Shown here in pieces: positions 8,499 to 16,193 of a stretch of DNA of 64,000 nucleotides (positions are counted from its first letter, which is position 1; every line of letters begins with the position of its first letter). This DNA comes from a virus (Duplodnaviria; Caudoviricetes), in the IMG/VR virus record IMGVR_UViG_3300034989_000047, positions 1-64,000 of that record; one strand, written 5' to 3'. Position numbers and translations under genes: made by a program. The notes beneath the pieces are model-generated. The model did no database searches, was not told where the DNA came from, and saw only the letters and a program-made list of their open reading frames with translations.

Positions 8499-8897
8499 AT
8501 GGGTAAGCCTAAGGCTATGAGTGAAGCCATGCTCATGGGGATACGTGAGTTGGTTATTGTCTGTAAGAACTCGTTGGACGAGGGAGATTACATTTCTAGG
8601 TGGGAGAAATTCGCAGAAGAAGGTTTTGTTGAGTTGCTTTATGAGGAGTACCAGCTGGAAGATGGGGTACTTGATAGGGCTCGGGTTCATGCAGATTGGG
8701 TTGATGAGCAGTTGGCAGACGGGTGGTTTTTAGGAGATATGTTTGATGAGGCTTTGAGAACTGACCCTAATTTGGTTGAGTATGAAAAGTTGTCAAAAAC
8801 AGCTTTGGATCTTGATAAGGCATTTTTTGGGATGGTGTCGGATTATTTGACAATGAAAGGGATAGAAAGGAGGGCAGAAAATGGAGCATCTAACTAG
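8499..8897 (+). CDS. RyR-domain protein (copy 7)
   Basis: HADWVDEQLADGWFLGDMFDEALRTDPNLVEYEKL..D. Confidence 0.8.
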   Translation: MGKPKAMSEAMLMGIRELVIVCKNSLDEGDYISRWEKFAEEGFVELLYEEYQLEDGVLDRARVHADWVDEQLADGWFLGDMFDEALRTDPNLVEYEKLSKTALDLDKAFFGMVSDYLTMKGIERRAENGASN

Positions 8898-9378
8898 GGG
8901 TCTTGTAAACAGTAATGGTTCTTCTGTGTTTGAGGGGTTGACGGCTTTGCTTAAGGGTAAGGTTTGTACGACGTACATTGAAGGGAGGTTTAATGCCCTT
9001 GAGGGCGATGAAGAAAAGATGGCTCAGTTTACGTATGTGGTTTCAAAGTTGGACAAGATTCGGTTGATTTTGGAATTACTCAATCTCACTATGGAGGAGA
9101 AGTCGATAGGTGATTTTAGTCCTATCGGACAAGAAGAGCTTATTAATACTATGAGTTTCTTGGTTGATATGATTCTGAAGCCAAATGTTTCAATAGAAGA
9201 GTTGTATAATGAATTTGTGACTGATATGAAAAGTTCGGGGTGGAGCTTAGGGGAGGAGTTGGATAGGGAAAACAAAATTCATCCGGGTTTAATTTTATTT
9301 AAGGATCTTCCATATTCCGTGAGGGCGAGTTATCTAACTTTCGAAGCTGTAGTCAGAATTTTATTGGAGATGAAATGA
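8881..9378 (+). CDS. RyR-domain protein (copy 8)
   Basis: SGWSLGEELDRENKIHPGLILFKDLP. Confidence 0.8.
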   Translation: MEHLTRGLVNSNGSSVFEGLTALLKGKVCTTYIEGRFNALEGDEEKMAQFTYVVSKLDKIRLILELLNLTMEEKSIGDFSPIGQEELINTMSFLVDMILKPNVSIEELYNEFVTDMKSSGWSLGEELDRENKIHPGLILFKDLPYSVRASYLTFEAVVRILLEMK

Positions 9379-9941
9379 CAGATAAAAGAAAGAAGGAATG
9401 GGTTCCATACATTATGCAAAGGGATAAGGGGGCTAAGTTTAGGCTATTAAGCAGCAGTCTTCCGACCGAGGAGGTGGAGAAGATTAAAAAGTTTATGGAA
9501 ATGGTTATGGAGGACAACGGGATTGCCGAGGGGTCAGATGAATATAATATTATTATGGGCCGATGTATACACCAGGAAAGGTTGGTTTCAAAGATTTTCA
9601 TGATATTGAGGGTGTTTGAAAGTCTTGTTACGGATGACGAAGAGATTATGTATAGGGAGCTGACTCCGGAGAGGTATGCGGTATATACCAGCAATGTAGT
9701 AGATATAGTTGCTCACCCCGAAGAGGGGGCTAAAGATAGGCATGAAAGATATCGGCGGAAGATGCTGGCTGGGGGTTGGAAGTTCGGGGTTAAGTCAGAT
9801 GTGAAGAATAAAGTCAGTGCCCTTTTAGTTCCGTATGAGTCTTTGGATAAACAGTTACGCATTTTTAATTTATTTTTTGAGATGATAGTTAGATTGGTAT
9901 TCAAGATGAAAATATATGAGGTTATTTATGAAGAACAATGA
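9375..9941 (+). CDS. RyR-domain protein (copy 9)
   Basis: HERYRRKMLAGGWKFGVKSDVKNKVSALLVPYESL. Confidence 0.8.
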   Translation: MTDKRKKEWVPYIMQRDKGAKFRLLSSSLPTEEVEKIKKFMEMVMEDNGIAEGSDEYNIIMGRCIHQERLVSKIFMILRVFESLVTDDEEIMYRELTPERYAVYTSNVVDIVAHPEEGAKDRHERYRRKMLAGGWKFGVKSDVKNKVSALLVPYESLDKQLRIFNLFFEMIVRLVFKMKIYEVIYEEQ

Positions 9942-10323
9942 AAGCACGGAGTTTCGAAAGATTAGGCTTAAGGAGTTCGCGGGGGCTGTATCGGATATAA
10001 TGCAAAGGGCCGGTTGGCTGATAACCGGAAGGGACGTGCTGCCTTATGACGCAGCACACAGTCAAGAAGTTTATGAGGCCTACACGGGTCTCGTAAAAGA
10101 ATTTATTAAAGACCCATTGGCAACTTTGAGGGGCATGTACGAGGCGTCTCGAAAGGATAAGGTTGCTGAAGGATGGGTTTATGGAGAAGAATTTAATGAA
10201 GCCAAAAAAACCAGTCCGCAAATGGTGCCATACGATGAGTTAGACCCGTTCGTTAAGTCTATGGATAAAGTATTAGAGACAGTGTTGAAGTCTGTAGCAG
10301 TTATGGTTAAGAAAGAGGAATAG
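9928..10323 (+). CDS. RyR-domain protein (copy 10)
   Basis: KVAEGWVYGEEFNEAKKTSPQMVPYDELDPFVKSMD. Confidence 0.85.
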   Translation: MKNNESTEFRKIRLKEFAGAVSDIMQRAGWLITGRDVLPYDAAHSQEVYEAYTGLVKEFIKDPLATLRGMYEASRKDKVAEGWVYGEEFNEAKKTSPQMVPYDELDPFVKSMDKVLETVLKSVAVMVKKEE

Positions 10324-10327
10324 GAAT

Positions 10328-10738
10328 ATGGAAAAGGAGTTTTCATCTAGGGCGATCGATGATTTAGAGGTAACAAACGCTAGGGGTCTTTTCTTGGCTC
10401 ATGTTTTTCGGGAGTTGATGTCAAAGGTGAGACTTCTAGTGCATGGGGAGGAGATTGAAAGGCATGAGCCAGGGTCAGAAGCTGATTTAAAGTCTTTAAT
10501 CGGTTATGTTGAGTTAATTAAAATTGTTGCGAAAACCCCGAGTCAATCCATGAAGGAGGTACATGAAGAATGGTTTGAAAGGAAGGTTAAAGAGGGGTGG
10601 GTTTATGGGGAGAGGCATAACGAAGAGAAGAAGATGAGTCCAAGAATTTTGCCGTACGACCAGGCAGTAGGTAGCATAAAGTCTATAGATAAAATATTTG
10701 AGTTGTCTGTAAGGGCATTGCTGTATAAAGGAGAATAG
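10328..10738 (+). CDS. RyR-domain protein (copy 11)
   Basis: HEEWFERKVKEGWVYGERHNEEKKMSPRILPYDQ..ID. Confidence 0.85.
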   Translation: MEKEFSSRAIDDLEVTNARGLFLAHVFRELMSKVRLLVHGEEIERHEPGSEADLKSLIGYVELIKIVAKTPSQSMKEVHEEWFERKVKEGWVYGERHNEEKKMSPRILPYDQAVGSIKSIDKIFELSVRALLYKGE

Positions 10739-10739
10739 A

Positions 10740-11174
10740 ATGATGGATGTACAAGCCATTATGGCGACAGATGAAACTAGTTTAAGGGTGTTAAGGATAA
10801 TTCATGAGGTTATGCACAAGTTTGAATGGATTCTTACCGGGAATCCCGACTCGTTAGTTTGCGAGCCTGATGAAGATGATTTCATTTCATATTTGAATAT
10901 TATGGTGAGGTTTGACCAAGACCCTACATATTCGATGAGAAAGCGTCATGAGGAGTGGCTTAAATTGAAGGTTGACGAGGGGTGGAGATATGGGAAGAAA
11001 GAAGATGAGGCGAATATGGTTGACCCCTGCATACTTCCGTATGATGAGCTTCCATACGTAATACGGGCTATGGATGAGCTTTTTGAGACTCTGATAAAAG
11101 CAATATATGCGTCGGGTAAAATTTCAGTGGTTCATCATAGTAGTGCTGATAAGGATACCCGTACATTGCATTAG
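10740..11174 (+). CDS. RyR-domain protein (copy 12)
   Basis: HEEWLKLKVDEGWRYGKKEDEANMVDPCILPYDELP..MD. Confidence 0.85.
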   Translation: MMDVQAIMATDETSLRVLRIIHEVMHKFEWILTGNPDSLVCEPDEDDFISYLNIMVRFDQDPTYSMRKRHEEWLKLKVDEGWRYGKKEDEANMVDPCILPYDELPYVIRAMDELFETLIKAIYASGKISVVHHSSADKDTRTLH

Positions 11175-11242
11175 GTTATGGTTGTGCGCACCTAGGCGGT
11201 TGTGCTAAGTCGCACGGATATGTTTTGTTTGGAGGCAGAATT

Positions 11243-11668
11243 ATGATATATAAGCCAGATTTAAAGGCCCTGCAAAGTTTGATTGTAGCTTCATGGGATA
11301 TATCTGATTGTAAGTTGGGCAAGGATAGAGTGTATGTTTATAAGATATTGAAGGTACTTTTGGATTATGATTTAGTTAAGATAACTAGGTTATATTTAAA
11401 ATATGGTGTAACCTATACAAGAGAATTGCATGCGTGGCTTTTCGATATAGTACTTTCTACGGTTTCAAAGTTCTGTCTTGAGAATGCTAACTATGTTTGG
11501 TTTCTAGTTACAGATATTTTGCTTGAAATTCTTCAGGGTGTTCATAGGGATATTCAGATTAAGCTGGGGTATATTCCCTACGATATTTGTTTGACTTTTA
11601 TGGTTAGAACAATTAGGGATACTGTGGCTTGTATTGACTATTCTAGGTGCTATCTCCTTGCTGATTGA
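11243..11668 (+). CDS. Hypothetical protein
   Basis: GGAGG RBS before ATG at 11243; helical, no motif. Confidence 0.6.
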   Translation: MIYKPDLKALQSLIVASWDISDCKLGKDRVYVYKILKVLLDYDLVKITRLYLKYGVTYTRELHAWLFDIVLSTVSKFCLENANYVWFLVTDILLEILQGVHRDIQIKLGYIPYDICLTFMVRTIRDTVACIDYSRCYLLAD

Positions 11669-12009
11669 CCCCCTATCCTATTCGGATAAATTAAACTAAT
11701 ACTGTAGTTTATAAATTTTCAGGACAAACATGGTTTGGTCTTGAAATCCTATGTAGGCATATTATATTATTATTGTAGTCATTAGAATCTAACCTAATGA
11801 CTATGGATAGGAGATATGCCATAGATATGCACTGTGATATGTCAATACTGGATGATACATCCACTTCACCGACATATTTTGGGATATTATACCCATGTCT
11901 CATGTATATCATCGACAACACATACGATATTACTGTAATATTCACTAAAGATTCCAAGTTATGCTCACATTGCTGACTATTACCGCCAAATTAACCAGTT
12001 ATCATGGTT

Positions 12010-12051
12010 TTAAGTCTTGTAACTCAATTAAAATTACGCATATTATTATTA
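12010..12051 (+). promoter_or_regulatory. Putative promoter motif shared with 13450-13492
   Basis: TTAAGTCTTG-N18/19-GCA(A)TATTATTATTA upstream of the genes at 12099 and 13518. Confidence 0.5.
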
Positions 12052-12098
12052 ATGGATATGTTAATTACACTAAGACGTGTCAGACTACAGGGGATACT

Positions 12099-12377
12099 AT
12101 GATAGATGGGATAATCGATAGAGACCTGGAGCGCGTGTCGTCTGCAATTCATCAATCGGGGGCAAAACCTGCCGCGAGGGTGATGACCACCGCCTCTGCA
12201 TTGCCTTATGCGGATATGGGGCAGCAAAAGAGGCTTCGCAAGGGCAAATGGCTGGTATCATATCTGTGCTCTAGGGGCCCAAGAGATGATTTAGAGAGGG
12301 TTGTGTTACGCGCCGGATACAAAATTCGGAGTAGGTATTCGAACAAATGGAGCCATTTTGTGATCTTCGATGAATAA
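12099..12377 (+). CDS. Hypothetical protein
   Basis: AGGGG RBS before ATG at 12099. Confidence 0.55.
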   Translation: MIDGIIDRDLERVSSAIHQSGAKPAARVMTTASALPYADMGQQKRLRKGKWLVSYLCSRGPRDDLERVVLRAGYKIRSRYSNKWSHFVIFDE

Positions 12378-12410
12378 CCATTAAGATAAGGCAACAAATA
12401 AAGAAAGGAA

Positions 12411-12863
12411 ATGAAAATGTCAAAGCACAAAAAACCAAGTTGGTCATTTACGGCTAATGCCGTTGAAGAGGTGGATGTCAATCGGGTATTGGCTGAAGCT
12501 CCTAAGAGTGCACAATGGGTGGTTATTGCCGACAAGGTTGGCGAGCCAGTATTGTTGTGTATCCGTGAGGAGTATTTGCGGAGGTTCACGGCGGATGACC
12601 GACTTGAAGTGTGTGGGACCAGTCTTCAGAATGGATGGGGGTGTAGATACCTCCCCTATTTCGGACATGAAAACGGGTGCTTGACGGTACCCAAGTGCTC
12701 TTCTTGCTCTGGGAAGCCAGTTCTTGAGGGGTGGAGAGCTTCCGATAACTATATGCACTCACACCCTATGTCGAGGGAGGAGATTCGCCGTATGGCCGCG
12801 ACAGATAACTATGTTCGGAGAATACCTGTACGTGTATATCTTGCGGGGGATTATCATGAATAA
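12411..12863 (+). CDS. Hypothetical protein (Cys-containing)
   Basis: AAAGGA RBS; CSSC motif. Confidence 0.65.
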   Translation: MKMSKHKKPSWSFTANAVEEVDVNRVLAEAPKSAQWVVIADKVGEPVLLCIREEYLRRFTADDRLEVCGTSLQNGWGCRYLPYFGHENGCLTVPKCSSCSGKPVLEGWRASDNYMHSHPMSREEIRRMAATDNYVRRIPVRVYLAGDYHE

Positions 12864-13023
12864 AAAGTATCCAATACCAACCATGGAAGAGCCGGATGAA
12901 GAGCAGCTTGAGGAATGGGTTTATGATTCCGTGTGTGATGCCACTGATGGGTGTACGGTTGAGCCTGATGGGGTATGCCCCCATGGATACCCTTCTTGGC
13001 TCCTTTATCTAGGGCTGATTTAG
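12856..13023 (+). CDS. Small putative metal-binding phage protein
   Basis: CDATDGCTVEPDGVCPHGYPSWL, a recurring small-phage-protein motif; overlaps the previous gene. Confidence 0.75.
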   Translation: MNKKYPIPTMEEPDEEQLEEWVYDSVCDATDGCTVEPDGVCPHGYPSWLLYLGLI

Positions 13024-13033
13024 GAGGTGTAAT

Positions 13034-13447
13034 ATGTCCGAGACTACGTCCATTTTGGAGGAGTTGGTTACGGGCTTTACCTTATTGCGGGCACAGGTTC
13101 CTGAGGGTGTAAAGGCTACAGAAGATTTTCTTCTGGAATACCTAGATCTACGGGCTGGGACGCTAGGGACCCTGATATGTGTCATGAAGCCATCGTGGCT
13201 TCTGTTGAAAGAAATTTTAAGTGTGGACCTGTGTACTCATTATGCAATGCAGGAGAGTTATAAAGATGCTCATATCGAGTACACAGGAATGATTCTTAGT
13301 ACTATTGCCGCACAGGTGTTAATCAGGACATATAGAAATACATATGTACGGACGGACACTTATCGTGATACCAGTTTACGATTCGCGACGAATATTAAAG
13401 ATATGTTAATTGAATATAGACGTATGCCTCATGATAAGTTTTATTAA
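13034..13447 (+). CDS. Hypothetical protein
   Basis: AGGAGGT RBS; no motif. Confidence 0.65.
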   Translation: MSETTSILEELVTGFTLLRAQVPEGVKATEDFLLEYLDLRAGTLGTLICVMKPSWLLLKEILSVDLCTHYAMQESYKDAHIEYTGMILSTIAAQVLIRTYRNTYVRTDTYRDTSLRFATNIKDMLIEYRRMPHDKFY

Positions 13448-13517
13448 GGTTAAGTCTTGCGGTAGTAACAGTTAGTTGCAATATTATTATTAGGACTTGC
13501 GATAGAAAGGACTCAAA

Positions 13518-13874
13518 ATGAAAGTTACAGGGAAACATGTTATAACGCCAATTCCGCAATGTTATTTTTGCGGACAAGACAAGGACCGGAGGTCCAGGGG
13601 GAAGAAAGTACAAGTGGCACGGGCGATACTGGACCATACCCCATGTAAAGACTGCGCCGACATGATGGAGACTGGGATTCTGTTGGTAGAAGTTTCCAAG
13701 GGCTCGACGGCAGAAGTCCCCATATGGAAAGGACAGCAGGTGGCGGTCACCCCCGAGTTTATTGAGGAGGCATTCGACTCAAAAATCGCGAAAAAAGTTC
13801 TCGATGTCAGATTTGCCTTCATTGATGGTGAGGGTTGGGATCTGTTGGGATTGCCCCGGGAGGGTTATGAGTAG
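13518..13874 (+). CDS. Putative Zn-binding hypothetical protein
   Basis: CYFC ... PCKDC; AAAGGA RBS. Confidence 0.7.
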   Translation: MKVTGKHVITPIPQCYFCGQDKDRRSRGKKVQVARAILDHTPCKDCADMMETGILLVEVSKGSTAEVPIWKGQQVAVTPEFIEEAFDSKIAKKVLDVRFAFIDGEGWDLLGLPREGYE

Positions 13875-13986
13875 GAGATGAATTCCCGGTGTATTCCGTT
13901 TTGATTCGAAACGGAATTGGGGGGTACAAATAATTAGTTCCGTGCTAGACACGGTGGAAAAGCAAAGAAAAGAAGCGGAGTGCATC

Positions 13987-14766
13987 ATGAAAACAAAAAA
14001 CACAAAAAACACAAAAAACACAAAAAACACAAAAACAAAAAAAGCGGCATACGGAGTTATTAGTTCTCGTACCATCGCGAAGCCACCGAAAGGAAGTGCA
14101 GGAGGAAACGCCGCAGAGGTCCTCAAGAAGGGGACACCAAGAGTTCGCAAAGTGTCCAAAGTCGTAAAGACAGCGGATGTGGAGACCAAAAAGACGAGGG
14201 TAAAAAAGACGAAGGGAGCCGCGCAGGCCTTCGGGATATTTGAGGTTACCCTTCCCGATGGAAGGGCGATCCAAAGGAGGTTTAAGGCGGGGAAGCAGGT
14301 TGTCGGCGCAATACTCGTTAAGGTGGTCGCCGATGATAGGTGGTACGTTCTGCTCTGGACGTCCAAAGATGATTTGGACAAACGGGCAGAGAAAATATAT
14401 GCCCGTTGGGTGGATGAGGGGTCGGATAAGTTCCAGGAGAAGATATATCACGCGGTGCGAACTACCCGGGAGGTCAGGCTTGTTGGTGAGCAGGAGACCA
14501 AAAAGAAGGTGGAAAGCGAAGACCGGACCGTTCTCAATCGAGTTCGCAAGGGACATCCGAAGCCGACAGAAGTGACGGAGCCGGTAGACAGCGAGGAAGG
14601 AGAGGCGCGATTCATCTCGGCCGAGGAGCTGAACGGAGGGAAGGCATCGAAAAAGACCAAAAAGAAGGCCGCCAAAAAGACCACCTCCAAAAAGACCACC
14701 CCCAAGGCCACCAAGGCCACAAAAGCGAAAAAGACCTCGAAGAAAGGCGTTACGCCCGTAGCGTAG
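13987..14766 (+). CDS. Lys-rich protein with histone-H1-like tails
   Basis: N-terminal (TKN)n encoded by a 9-bp tandem repeat; C-terminal KKTKKKAAKKTTSKKTTPKATKATKAKK. Confidence 0.75.
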   Translation: MKTKNTKNTKNTKNTKTKKAAYGVISSRTIAKPPKGSAGGNAAEVLKKGTPRVRKVSKVVKTADVETKKTRVKKTKGAAQAFGIFEVTLPDGRAIQRRFKAGKQVVGAILVKVVADDRWYVLLWTSKDDLDKRAEKIYARWVDEGSDKFQEKIYHAVRTTREVRLVGEQETKKKVESEDRTVLNRVRKGHPKPTEVTEPVDSEEGEARFISAEELNGGKASKKTKKKAAKKTTSKKTTPKATKATKAKKTSKKGVTPVA

Positions 14767-14786
14767 AAACAACCAAGCAACCAATA

Positions 14787-14812
14787 CCCTAGTGGGGAGA
14801 TTCCCCCTAGGG
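14787..14812 (+). terminator. GC-rich stem-loop directly before an RBS
   Basis: CCCTAG-T-GGGGA-gat-TCCCC-CTAGGG followed by AAAGGAGG; no U-tract, so it may be regulatory rather than a terminator. Confidence 0.45.
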
Positions 14813-14824
14813 AAAGGAGGGGTT

Positions 14825-15940
14825 ATGAAACTTTATTTTGTGATGATGATGATGATGTTATGTGCGTGTTCAGATGATATGTCGGATATTGCCGATGGGG
14901 AGGATGGAGGTGATATGTCTTCGAATGTCGATGGGGATATTGATACGGATACCGACACCGACACGGACACGGATACCGACACGGACACGGACACCGATGC
15001 CGATGCCGATGGGGATACGGATACCGATGCCGATGCCGATGGGGATACGGATACCGACACCGACACGGACACGGACACCGATGGGGATACGGATACCGAC
15101 ACCGACACGGACACGGACACCGATGGGGATACGGATACCGATACCGATGGGGACACCGATACGGACACGGACACGGACACTGACACTGACACGGATACGG
15201 ACATTGATACTGACACCGATGCCGATATGGATACCGATACCGATGCCGATACCGATACCGATGGGGATGCCGATGGGGATATTCCGGTAGATGGGTGGAT
15301 AGAGGGGGAAACGGTGTGCGATGGGAATATCCTATCTGTATGCACATCTTCCGGTTCGGATTGTCGGGCTGTATCTGTAATGGAATGCCCTCGTATGTGT
15401 GTAGCTGGGGCATGTGTTGAGTGCGGCGAGTATTCCGACTGCGAAAACCCGGGAAGGGAGGTGTGTGAGGATGGATATTGCAAAACAGCGGATGGATGGG
15501 CTGAGATTACGCTTGAGCCTACTGTTTTGGAGATAGAGCCTATTGAGCTTATTTTTCGTGGCGGAGCAGTCTTTGATTCAGAGGAATCAAAGGTTGTAAT
15601 ACAGATGGAGTCGATGAACCGGGAGAAATATACCTTTGAGTTGGGCGTCGATACAATTTATAGGTCTTCTGAGATAAACGCCGCGGGTCTACTTATGCTC
15701 AATGGGACACCTGACCCGGATTCTCGTGGGAGTTTTTTTGATTTCAAAATTGAAGATGCGGAGATTACTAGCCTAAGCTATATGTATCCAACAGAAGAAT
15801 TTCACGGAAATATCCCTATCGCGGAAGGAGATATGAGGCCAGGCGGAGAAATTAGTGGGGCAATAAGCGTAAGTACCTGCCCTACGTATCCCAAGTGCTT
15901 CAATTTAAAGGGGAGGTTCTACACAAAGATTCATCTCTAG
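14825..15940 (+). CDS. Putative lipoprotein with Asp-Thr repeat linker and Cys-rich domain
   Basis: MKLYFVMMMMMLCAC lipobox-like signal; ~115 aa of (DT/DA/DG)n; Cys-rich segment CVAGACVECGEYSDC. Confidence 0.8.
   Translation: MKLYFVMMMMMLCACSDDMSDIADGEDGGDMSSNVDGDIDTDTDTDTDTDTDTDTDTDADADGDTDTDADADGDTDTDTDTDTDTDGDTDTDTDTDTDTDGDTDTDTDGDTDTDTDTDTDTDTDTDIDTDTDADMDTDTDADTDTDGDADGDIPVDGWIEGETVCDGNILSVCTSSGSDCRAVSVMECPRMCVAGACVECGEYSDCENPGREVCEDGYCKTADGWAEITLEPTVLEIEPIELIFRGGAVFDSEESKVVIQMESMNREKYTFELGVDTIYRSSEINAAGLLMLNGTPDPDSRGSFFDFKIEDAEITSLSYMYPTEEFHGNIPIAEGDMRPGGEISGAISVSTCPTYPKCFNLKGRFYTKIHL
14927..15280 (+). repeat. Low-complexity 6-bp repeat tract encoding (DT)n
   Basis: GAYACN units with higher-order duplicated blocks. 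Confidence 0.9.
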
Positions 15941-16087
15941 GACACACGCCTTCCCCGTTTTCCTTTTAGATTTTATCCATTAAATTTCTTGTCACTGTTC
16001 GATTCAATTTATTCCCTAATTACTCGCCCAATAATTCTATGTACTCCCCCACGCAACATTAAAAAGAATCCATCAGAACTCAGTCTG

Positions 16088-16104
16088 AACCGGTCTGACC
16101 GGTT
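16088..16104. promoter_or_regulatory. Perfect inverted repeat upstream of the terminase
   Basis: AACCGGTC-T-GACCGGTT. Confidence 0.5.
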
Positions 16105-16193
16105 TTAGAATTGTATCCTTGATAAACCTCTGAAGGGTTGAAAAATTTCGGTGATATGGCATATTTGTCTTAGAGGATATTAAGGAGTTTTTT

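Noticed and set aside
13779-14784. Long antisense ORFs over the Lys-rich gene
   Set aside because: Low-complexity shadows with no RBS or motifs
14823-15483. Alternative-frame ORFs (SVSVS, CPCRY, IPTPT repeats)
   Set aside because: Shadows of the stop-free (DT)n repeat tract
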